Shown here piece after piece: positions 56,499 to 64,000 of a stretch of DNA of 64,000 bases. Within the stretch, counting starts at the first letter, position 1. Every line of letters starts with the position of its first letter. Made by a program: the position numbers and the translations under genes. Origin of the DNA: Clostridia bacterium (GTDB lineage Bacteria > Bacillota > Clostridia > Oscillospirales > RGIG577); the NCBI GenBank assembly GCA_017405765.1, contig JAFQZS010000007.1:9424-73423 (forward strand), read 5' to 3'. The notes beneath the pieces were generated by a model. That model made no database searches, was not told the origin of the DNA, and saw only the letters and a list, made by a program, of their open reading frames with translations.

Positions 56499-58310
56499 TT
56501 ACTTAACCGAAAGCTCTCCGCAGAGGATGAGCGGTCTATAATCATTGTCAAGCACGAATACCCTGACGGTATCCGCCCCCTCTGGCACATCAAACGAAAG
56601 CTCCGTCCGAGTCGCGGCAGAGAGCATCTTTACCATCCCGCCGATATAGCGTCCTTCCTCATATGCGGCGAAGACTGCGGTTGCGGGATCAGATGAAGTG
56701 ACGCGCACGGCAGCCTTCCCTTGAGAATAAGATAGCCCCTCGATCTTTGCAGATACCACTGTCACATCACATGATGCGCTCTTCCCTCCGGCCGAAGCGG
56801 TTATCTTGGCGCTGCCCGAAGCAACGGCTGTAAGTCTGCCGCTTTCATCCACTTTGACGACGTCGGGGGCGCTGCTTTCCCACGAAACGGTCTTGTCCGA
56901 GGCGTCCTCGGGCGTAACCTCGGCTGTAAGTACTGCGGTCTCGCCTGAAATAAGCGTAAGCTCTTCTATGTCTATTGACACGCCCGTTACGGGCACCGAC
57001 ATTTCGGGCTCGTCCACGCTTATGAGCACAGGTCGAGCGGTGACGCCGCTGATCCCGGGATCAAGGTCCGTTCCCATCGTCCAAATGTCTCTGTCCCAGT
57101 TTACGAAGCTGTCCCAAGTTCCGAATTCCGCTTCTGAGATCGGACCTGTCTCATCGTCCACCTTTACACTGCCTGTACCGCCGCTTCGGTACAGGGCGGT
57201 AAGGTCGGCATTTATGGAATCTGTTTTAAGAAAACGACATCCCTTAACCGTACATCCGTCAACTACGCCCGAATTAAATGATGTGGAGCCTATCACGCCG
57301 CGGACATAATCCCCGCCTTCCACGACGCCGACGTTGTAGCAGTTCACTACGGATGCGGCGGCTCTGACGTATCCGCTTGAAAAAACGTATGATGACCCTG
57401 TCGCACGGTTGCGTCCCACTACACCGCCCACATATTTGCCGTATGGAAGTCCCGTGCGGTCAAGGCGGGCGACAACGCCGGTATTATAGCAGTCTGCCAC
57501 CTCTGCTGTGCCATAGCTGTCGGCAGAGCTGTAACCCACAACACCGCCTATGTATTGACAGCTCGAGGATTTTGCGGCCACCTGTCCGGTATTTACGCAC
57601 CGGGTAACTCTTGACGCTCCCTTGTAGGTATAGTTTTCTCCGACTACCCCGCCTGCCTTAGAGCTTGATACGGTCACACAGCCGGTATTCACGCACTCTG
57701 TCACTTCGGCAACCGCTCCCGAAGCATTTTGCGCATGGTTATATCCCACCACTCCGCCGACCTGATAAGCGCCGTCCACAGCGGCGTCGTTTCGGCAGTT
57801 GATCACCTTACCGGTCGCGTTCTTTCCGACAATACCGCCTACGTTGGCTTTGCCTCTGACAAAACCGCCGACGGTGACATTCCGAACCGTACTGCGTGCG
57901 GTGCATCCAAAGAGACCGACATTGTCATCCCAACCGCTTATATACAGTCCCGTGATACTGTGGCCCTTACCGTCGAACTGGCCGCGGAACGGACAATAAT
58001 CCGACCCTTCATCTTTGCCTATCGGCGTCCATTGGTTGTCCTCGCTCCCGCCAAGGTCGATGTCCGCCGTAAGCTCATAGCATGCGGCGTTATAATCCTC
58101 GTTCCCTTCGTTAACAAGCTTAGAAAGGAGCGCAAGCTGCGCCGCGTCGGCTATCTGATACGGGTCGCTTTCAGTGCCCGAGCCTTTGGCAAATGATGAG
58201 GCAACGCTCCCGTCCCACACATCGGGCGCCGCAGCCGCACCCGGCGCGGCCATCGCCGCAAGCAGGCAGAACGCCAGCATAAGCGCCTTTATCCGATAAG
58301 AATGTTTCAT
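56499..58310 (-). CDS. secreted protein with GGxVG (GLUG-like) repeats, a Big_2 Ig-like domain and the shared C-terminal module
   Basis: 603-aa ORF with RBS AGGAGG and the signal peptide MKHSYRIKALMLAFCLLAAMAAPGAAAAP. The motif VGG(I/V)VG.N..G.V..C.N.G.V recurs. The Big_2-like segment is VTGVSIDIEELTLISGETAVLTAEVTPEDASDKTVSWESSAPDVVKVDESGRLTAVASGSAKITAS. The last ~71 aa match the shared module. Confidence 0.82.
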   Translation of the reverse strand: MKHSYRIKALMLAFCLLAAMAAPGAAAAPDVWDGSVASSFAKGSGTESDPYQIADAAQLALLSKLVNEGNEDYNAACYELTADIDLGGSEDNQWTPIGKDEGSDYCPFRGQFDGKGHSITGLYISGWDDNVGLFGCTARSTVRNVTVGGFVRGKANVGGIVGKNATGKVINCRNDAAVDGAYQVGGVVGYNHAQNASGAVAEVTECVNTGCVTVSSSKAGGVVGENYTYKGASRVTRCVNTGQVAAKSSSCQYIGGVVGYSSADSYGTAEVADCYNTGVVARLDRTGLPYGKYVGGVVGRNRATGSSYVFSSGYVRAAASVVNCYNVGVVEGGDYVRGVIGSTSFNSGVVDGCTVKGCRFLKTDSINADLTALYRSGGTGSVKVDDETGPISEAEFGTWDSFVNWDRDIWTMGTDLDPGISGVTARPVLISVDEPEMSVPVTGVSIDIEELTLISGETAVLTAEVTPEDASDKTVSWESSAPDVVKVDESGRLTAVASGSAKITASAGGKSASCDVTVVSAKIEGLSYSQGKAAVRVTSSDPATAVFAAYEEGRYIGGMVKMLSAATRTELSFDVPEGADTVRVFVLDNDYRPLILCGELSVK

Positions 58311-58546
58311 ATCGTTTCCTCCTTTTTGATCTGTATGTATTGTTCCGTATGTATTGTAATGAAGTCCGTCTGCCGATTTAATATCTGTTTTTAATTATAC
58401 GATCACGCGGCGCGGCGTTCAACCAAAAAACGTCTCGCATTCAAAAAAACGTCGTTTAATAAAATACGTCTCTTTATAAAAATTCATAACAGATATACGC
58501 TGTGATATGATAGAATAAAAGAAACATAAAAAAGGGGATGAGCTAA

Positions 58547-59485
58547 ATGTCTTTAGGCCGAACGAAGGTGGCCGTTATCGGATGTGGGAGCGTAGGCTCC
58601 ACGCTTGCTTACAATATCGTTTCCAATCAGCTCTGCGGCGAGCTTCTTTTAATAGACATAAACAAGAAAAAAGTTTGGGCGGAGGCGACCGACCTTAAAC
58701 ATTCTCTTGGTTTTTCAAACAGCAAGGTATATATACACGACGGCGAGTATGACGACTGCTCCGACGCCGACATTATTGTTATAACGATAGGCGCGCCCTA
58801 TAAGCTAGGCATGACGCGCCTCGATATGTACGAAAAGGCGCGCGCTGTTATAGACATGATAATACCGCCCGTTATGGCTTCGGGCTTTTCGGGTATTTTT
58901 GTCGTCGTTTCAAACCCCGTTGATCTTATGACGCAGTATATACAGAAGCGGTCGGGGCTTCCGTATGAAAAAGTTATAGGCACGGGCACGCTTCTTGACT
59001 CATCGCGCCTGAGGATGTATCTTGCCGACCTTTTAGACGTTGACCCCAGAAGCGTGAACGCGCTGTGCATGGGCGAGCACGGCGATTCGCAGATGATACC
59101 GTGGAGCCAGGCGACCGTGGGCGGAAAGCCCTTTCTCGATATCCTTGCCGACGATCCTAAGCGGTTCGGCCATGTTGACCTTGACAATATACAAAGCGAG
59201 ATCGCGCATATCGCCTACGAAGTAGTCGCGGGCAAAGGGGCCACTTATTACGGCATCGCCTCTGTTACGGCGCAGGTCATCCGCGCGATACTTTTCGATG
59301 AGAACAAGGTGCTCCCCGTTTCGTGTATGCTTCGCGGAGAATACGGCGTGTCCGGCATATACGCCGGAGTTCCGGCAGTCGTCGCTTTGGAAGGAATAAA
59401 GGAACTTGTGACGTACCACCTTACGCCCGACGAACAGAAAAAATTTGCCGCTTCGATAGAAGTATTAAAAGGATACGGCGCATAA
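58547..59485 (+). CDS. ldh: L-lactate dehydrogenase
   Basis: 312-aa ORF with the Rossmann loop KVAVIGCGSVGS, plus VVSNPVD and GEHGDS motifs of the LDH family. Confidence 0.9.
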   Translation: MSLGRTKVAVIGCGSVGSTLAYNIVSNQLCGELLLIDINKKKVWAEATDLKHSLGFSNSKVYIHDGEYDDCSDADIIVITIGAPYKLGMTRLDMYEKARAVIDMIIPPVMASGFSGIFVVVSNPVDLMTQYIQKRSGLPYEKVIGTGTLLDSSRLRMYLADLLDVDPRSVNALCMGEHGDSQMIPWSQATVGGKPFLDILADDPKRFGHVDLDNIQSEIAHIAYEVVAGKGATYYGIASVTAQVIRAILFDENKVLPVSCMLRGEYGVSGIYAGVPAVVALEGIKELVTYHLTPDEQKKFAASIEVLKGYGA

Positions 59486-59533
59486 ATATAAAAGCGGTAT
59501 GTGCTGCCCTCAGGCAATGCATACCGCTTGTTA

Positions 59534-60088
59534 TTATCGCTCTTTCGGCATAAACAGCCGCGTCATATCGTTCCCCTCAAGCCGCAAAAGCGCGGCCTTT
59601 CTAAAAAGGCCTCCGGCATATCCCGTAAGGCTTCCGTTCGAGCCTACGACGCGGTGGCAAGGCACGATTATCGAAACGGGATTTTTTCCAACTGCGCCGC
59701 CTGCGGCCTGCGCCGACATTCGCAGCGCGCCCATGCGCTCCCTTGCGGCTTCGGCCACGTTTTTATACGTCTTTGTGCGTCCGTAGGGTATGCCGAGAAG
59801 CGTCTCCCATACAGTCATTTGAAACGGGCTTCCTTTAAGGCAAAGCTTCGGCGTAAAGTCAGGCTCTCTGCCCTGAAAATAAATGTCGAGCCATTTTCCC
59901 GTTTCCAGAAAAACGGGCAGCTTTTTTAAGACGCCCGTTTTCATCTCTTCGGCAATTCCCAGCTCCTCGTCAAACCAAAGTCCCGTAAGGGCCTCCCCGT
60001 CCGATCGAAGCGTTATTCCTCCCAAAGGCGAATCGTAATAATAAATATACTGCACCGAAACCTCCGTTTTAAGGTTAAGATCCCGCAT
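59534..60088 (-). CDS. ogt: methylated-DNA--protein-cysteine methyltransferase
   Basis: 184-aa ORF with the active-site motif IIVPCHRVV. Confidence 0.9.
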   Translation of the reverse strand: MRDLNLKTEVSVQYIYYYDSPLGGITLRSDGEALTGLWFDEELGIAEEMKTGVLKKLPVFLETGKWLDIYFQGREPDFTPKLCLKGSPFQMTVWETLLGIPYGRTKTYKNVAEAARERMGALRMSAQAAGGAVGKNPVSIIVPCHRVVGSNGSLTGYAGGLFRKAALLRLEGNDMTRLFMPKER

Positions 60089-60091
60089 ACT

Positions 60092-60751
60092 TTATCTCTT
60101 CAGATATGCTGAAGATACGGGAAATTCAAAATACGTATCCGGGAAGGGTTCTTCGTTCAGTGAGAAATGCCACCATTCGCACTCGTAAGGCTTAAAACCG
60201 TTTCTAATCATGGCGTTTCTTAATATCATTCTGTTTTCATACTGTTCTTCTGTTATTCCCCTGTACGTCGGATGAGATATCTCGCTGAAAAAGTCGAAGG
60301 AACTTCCCATATCTACCTCCTTGCCCGTCGCCATATCAAGAAGCGTAAGATCGACCGCGCTGCCTCTGCTGTGCGTAGACTGAGCCGCTATATATCCTGT
60401 TTTAAAAAGCGCCGTTTTCTCAAGCTCCGGATAAAAATACGGCTTCATGCGTATATCCGTATCTTCTATCCCCCATAAAACGAACTGCTTTACCGCGCTT
60501 ACGGGGCGATAAGCGTCGAACACCTTCAGCCTGTATCCGCGCACGTTCAATTCGTTGCTCACGGCTTTAAGAGCTCTTGCCGCTTCTTTCGTTATAAGCG
60601 CGCACGGCTCCTCGTCTCCGTCTATACGGTCCCCGATAAAATTGTATGTGGAAAAATATCTTATCTCCTGCAATATCCCCGGCACGTAATCCGACAAAAG
60701 CACGAATCCCGACGGGTCCATCGTCACCATACGCTTAAAATCCGAAGTCAC
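60092..60751 (-). CDS. D-alanyl-D-alanine dipeptidase (VanX/DdpX-like, peptidase M15D)
   Basis: ORF 60092-60796. STHSRGSAVDLTL and EWWHF are VanX-family zinc-ligand motifs. Start at GTG 60751 after AAAGGAGGAATTATT. Confidence 0.85.
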   Translation of the reverse strand: MTSDFKRMVTMDPSGFVLLSDYVPGILQEIRYFSTYNFIGDRIDGDEEPCALITKEAARALKAVSNELNVRGYRLKVFDAYRPVSAVKQFVLWGIEDTDIRMKPYFYPELEKTALFKTGYIAAQSTHSRGSAVDLTLLDMATGKEVDMGSSFDFFSEISHPTYRGITEEQYENRMILRNAMIRNGFKPYECEWWHFSLNEEPFPDTYFEFPVSSAYLKR

Positions 60752-60792
60752 AATAATTCCTCCTTTTTTATAAACGATATTTTCCGCGCGTC

Positions 60793-62385
60793 TCATTCCC
60801 TGCGAAGAAGCGCGTCGCGGTCGATATTTCCCATGACCTTCGCCATACGCGCGATCTCCACAAGCTGAAATCCCACGTGGAAGGCCGTATTTACATGGTC
60901 CATGAGTATTTCAATCGTGGCCGCCAGCAAAAGCGCCTCCGCCGGTATGCCAAGCTGCGCAAACAGCACGCTGTATACTATGAGCGCCGCGCCCGGTATA
61001 GGCGGCACTGCAACCGCTAAGAACAAGGCCGTAAGCGCGGCCAAAACAAGCCACGGCACGCTTACATCAAGCGAATACGTCTGTGCGAACACGCACGAAA
61101 AAACGCATAATTCCACAACGAACGCCGGCTTATATACTACCATGCCGATGGGATAGGCAAATTTTACAAGTGCGTCGCCTACGCCCAGTTTTTTTCGGCA
61201 TATGTCCATGCACATCGTAAATACAGACATGCTCGACGCCGTTGAAAACGCCACAAAAAAGGGCGGCATCGTCTTTTTAAGCAAAAGCACAGGCGAACAG
61301 CCCAATCTTACAGCAGCGAAAATGTACATTGCTGCCGACCACACGAGCGACAGCCCAACACAAAGGCATATGGGCTTCCAAACCGACAGTATGAGCAACG
61401 CGTCTCCCGCCCAGAACTGATGAAGCAGTGCGGCGAATACGAACACGGGTATAAGCGAGCATACGGCCTCCGTTATGCGCTGCAAAATAAGCGTTCCCTC
61501 TTCGATGAACGTGCGGATGTGTGCTGTGCGTTCGCCCAGCGACAAAAGCCCCGCTCCGACGCATACGGATATTACGATTATCTGCATCGTGTTGCCCTGC
61601 GAAAACGGCGATATCGGGTCGGTTGGCAGTATGCCGAATATCATTCCCGTTATTTTGTCTATCTGAGACAGGGCGCTGTCCAAAGATACGGAGATCTTAA
61701 GAGCTACGAACGGAAGCGAAAAAAGCATTGCAAATACGCTTGCCAGGGCTGAAAGCGAAAGAAAGCGCAGTATTACTCCTTTGCCCATTCTGCCCAGAGC
61801 GGACGAGTCACCCACGCCCATAACGCCGCTGCAGACAGTAAAGGCTATCATAAAGCCCGCAAAGGTATTTAAAAGTCCCAAGAACGCCGTCATGAGCGGC
61901 GTTATTAGCTGTACGTCAAGCGCGGCTGTCACCGTTTCGGGTATGAAGCGCCCCAAAAAGCCCAAAACGACCGCGGCGGCAATGGCCGTGATAAGATAAA
62001 ACAGCGTGCTTTTCTTTCCGCGCTCCTTTAGGGTAAGTGTTACCCTGTTCGCTTTTCGTCTGTATGACCATGCGGGCGAAAGTCCCAGGGCGGAAAGGAT
62101 CTTTCCGCTCCACTCGTCGCCCTCCGACTCCGTCGGGTCAAACGGCTCCCCTCCGTATCGTATATCCAGCGCGTACCTGCCGTACTGTTTTCCCATGCCG
62201 ACCTTTATCTGCGGCGTATCCTCTTTCCCCTCCATTATGCGGATGAGGATCTCCTCGACCGTAAGACGTATACGCAGTATCTCGCGCCGCTTGGCGCCGA
62301 GAGACGAAATATACGACTGCAGATCAGCCGATATTTCCTCCACCGCTTCGGGCGAAAGCTCATAATCCTTCCATGCAAGCGCCAT
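60793..62385 (-). CDS. dicarboxylate/amino acid:cation symporter (DAACS) family protein with ~115-aa soluble N-terminal extension
   Basis: 530-aa ORF. Residues from about 120 to the end are multi-TM with DAACS-like segments (PIGMVVYKP..., AVAVPPIPGAALIV). The N-terminal part (..ILRIRLTVEEILIRIMEG...ALDIRYGGEPFDP) resembles small GHKL/anti-sigma-kinase-like domains. That resemblance is by pattern only. Confidence 0.7.
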   Translation of the reverse strand: MALAWKDYELSPEAVEEISADLQSYISSLGAKRREILRIRLTVEEILIRIMEGKEDTPQIKVGMGKQYGRYALDIRYGGEPFDPTESEGDEWSGKILSALGLSPAWSYRRKANRVTLTLKERGKKSTLFYLITAIAAAVVLGFLGRFIPETVTAALDVQLITPLMTAFLGLLNTFAGFMIAFTVCSGVMGVGDSSALGRMGKGVILRFLSLSALASVFAMLFSLPFVALKISVSLDSALSQIDKITGMIFGILPTDPISPFSQGNTMQIIVISVCVGAGLLSLGERTAHIRTFIEEGTLILQRITEAVCSLIPVFVFAALLHQFWAGDALLILSVWKPICLCVGLSLVWSAAMYIFAAVRLGCSPVLLLKKTMPPFFVAFSTASSMSVFTMCMDICRKKLGVGDALVKFAYPIGMVVYKPAFVVELCVFSCVFAQTYSLDVSVPWLVLAALTALFLAVAVPPIPGAALIVYSVLFAQLGIPAEALLLAATIEILMDHVNTAFHVGFQLVEIARMAKVMGNIDRDALLRRE

Positions 62386-62424
62386 TTTAGAACCTCGCTT
62401 CTTTATCGGAATTATTGTAAGCGC

Positions 62425-63540
62425 CTATTGTTCCATCCACAGACACTTTTCCAAAAGGTCCGTGATCTTTAAATGCTGCGGGCAGGCTTCCTCGCACTTT
62501 TTGCACTTTATACAGTCGCTTGCTTTGCCCTTTCCCACGGTAGCTATCGTATATTCGCGTATCGTGCGAAATTCGGGGCTGCCCTTTTTTCTGTTCTCAA
62601 CGGTGAATATATCCGGTATCGGTATATTCTTCGGGCATACCTTCGTGCAGTAACGGCACGACGTACACGGTATGGACTTGTCTTCGCCGAGCGCCTTCTG
62701 CGCCGCCTTTATGACCTCGTGTTCATGCTCGGAAAGCGGCTTAAAATCGCTCATAAAGCTTAGGTTGTCCTTCATCTGCGCCGTATTGCTCATGCCGCTT
62801 AGTACCATGAATACGCCGTCAAGCCCTGAGGCGAACCTTATCGCCCACGACGAATAGGAAAATCCGTTGTTTTCGCGGTCGAATATCTCCTTTACACTGT
62901 CTATCGGGTCGGCAAGGATACCGCCTTTCACGGGCTCCATCACTATTACCTTTTTGCCGTGAGCACGGCATATCTCAAGGTTCCTTCTTGAATTTACACC
63001 GGGATTGTCCCAATCTGCGTAATTTATCTGAAGCTGTACGAATTCAACGTCGGGATGCTTCGAAAGCACTTCTTCAAGAATATCCGGATCGGCATGGAAG
63101 GAAAAGCCGTAATGCCTTATAAGTCCCTTCTTTTTTTGCTCCTTCACAAAATCCCAAAGGCCGTATTCGTCGTATTTTTTGTAATTGGCCACCTGGAGAG
63201 CATGGAGCAGATAATAATCGAAATAGCCCGCGCCCGTGCGCTCAAGGCTTGTCTCAAATTCTTTGAGCACGCTGTCCTTGTCCGTTATCTGGGGATTTAT
63301 GATCATTTTTGTCGCAAGAGTATAGCTTTCTCTCGGATATCTTTCCACGAGAGCCTTCTTCGCCGCCTCCTCCGAGCCGGGATAAACGTATGCGGTATCA
63401 AAATACGTGCCGCCCGCCGCCATGAAAAGATCAATCATCTCAGAAGTCTGTACTACGTCTATCTCGCCGTTTTCAAGCCTCGGAAGGCGCATAAGCCCGA
63501 AGCCGAGCTTGAAATTCTCATTTTTCTTATCAGAAGCCAT
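62425..63540 (-). CDS. aldo/keto reductase fused to a C-terminal 2x[4Fe-4S]-type Cys motif domain
   Basis: ORF 62425-63657, with the start at ATG 63540 after AAGGGAGG (MASDKKNENFKLGFGLMRLP). It has an AKR core and the C-terminal motifs CTSCRYCTKVCP and CIKCKKCEEACP. Confidence 0.82.
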   Translation of the reverse strand: MASDKKNENFKLGFGLMRLPRLENGEIDVVQTSEMIDLFMAAGGTYFDTAYVYPGSEEAAKKALVERYPRESYTLATKMIINPQITDKDSVLKEFETSLERTGAGYFDYYLLHALQVANYKKYDEYGLWDFVKEQKKKGLIRHYGFSFHADPDILEEVLSKHPDVEFVQLQINYADWDNPGVNSRRNLEICRAHGKKVIVMEPVKGGILADPIDSVKEIFDRENNGFSYSSWAIRFASGLDGVFMVLSGMSNTAQMKDNLSFMSDFKPLSEHEHEVIKAAQKALGEDKSIPCTSCRYCTKVCPKNIPIPDIFTVENRKKGSPEFRTIREYTIATVGKGKASDCIKCKKCEEACPQHLKITDLLEKCLWMEQ

Positions 63541-63698
63541 TTTGATCCTCCCTTTTGCGGAAAAAGTATTATCCTTAATGCTTATTATAATGGAGAATCT
63601 TACGTTTTTCCACCATCGCAAAAAGTTTTTTGCAGACTGAAAAAACAAAGACCGCAAAGCGTATGTTTTTTCTTCTTTGCGGTCGGATATACGCTTTT

Positions 63699-64000
63699 TT
63701 ATAAAACCTCGTCACACGAATTTGCCTCGCTTTGCTCGTTCCATTTCATTGCCCACAGAGCGCGTATCTCAGCGCGCTTTTCGGGACGCACGAGCCACAG
63801 GCCTATCACGCCCATAACGGCGTACAAAGAAAGACCGACGAGCGACGTCCACGTCGCGCTTTCCGTATAAATACCGCTTGACGCGGTATCGGGATTCCCC
63901 ATAAAGGCGACTACATCGTTTAGTACGTGACATATTATTGCAGGCAATATGTTTCCGCTTCGTATATACGACGCGCCCAAAAGCAGCGCCATGCAGAACG
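63699..64000 (-). CDS. CPBP family intramembrane glutamic endopeptidase (partial, N-terminus beyond window end)
   Basis: ORF 63699-63992 is still open at the window edge. GNILPAIICHVLNDVVAF is the conserved C-terminal H..N motif of CAAX/CPBP proteases. Confidence 0.7.
   Translation of the reverse strand, partial: FCMALLLGASYIRSGNILPAIICHVLNDVVAFMGNPDTASSGIYTESATWTSLVGLSLYAVMGVIGLWLVRPEKRAEIRALWAMKWNEQSEANSCDEVL

Noticed and set aside
1-64000. Search by eye for CRISPR arrays, rRNA/tRNA genes, transposases, integrases and phage structural genes
   Set aside because: I found no regularly spaced direct repeats, no cloverleaf-compatible segments in the intergenic regions, and no DDE, tyrosine or serine recombinase motifs in any ORF. 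Absence by eye is not proof. tRNAscan/Infernal and ISfinder searches would be the proper test.

Overview
This 64-kb chromosomal window looks like a Firmicutes/Clostridia-type genome. That taxon call is inference from GGAGG-type RBSs, BspA-type LRR proteins and copper-amine-oxidase-stalk surface proteins. Nearly all genes are on the minus strand. Core metabolism: (1) a PyrR-attenuated pyrimidine operon (pyrR-pyrC-pyrF-carA-carB), separated from pyrK-pyrD by a surface-protein gene and a repeat-rich ~630-bp spacer; (2) CoA-transferase A/B, a GNAT and a crotonase; (3) thiS-thiF-thiG-thiH-thiE with no recognisable TPP riboswitch; (4) cysK, guaA, an isolated hisH-hisF pair, ldh, ogt, a VanX-like dipeptidase, azlCD and a lipoprotein asparaginase. 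Accessory content: (i) a low-GC ~3-kb island (about 25.86-28.86 kb) carrying an AbiTii-like protein with a TM tail, an unknown 196-aa protein and a COG1373-type AAA ATPase, a candidate defence locus; (ii) a 12-kb same-strand signalling block with three hybrid histidine kinases (one fused to an APC-permease-like domain), a REC-GGDEF-EAL-GGDEF protein and a frameshifted PAS-GGDEF gene, with no Hpt visible; (iii) four large secreted proteins of different architecture that all end in the same ~70-80-aa C-terminal module. Base composition is visibly mosaic: a low-GC island, a mid-GC core and high-GC blocks around 44-48 kb and 52.7-56.2 kb. I recognised no rRNA, tRNA, CRISPR array, transposase or integrase. 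Start codons were re-picked by eye from RBS context and are less certain than the stops.
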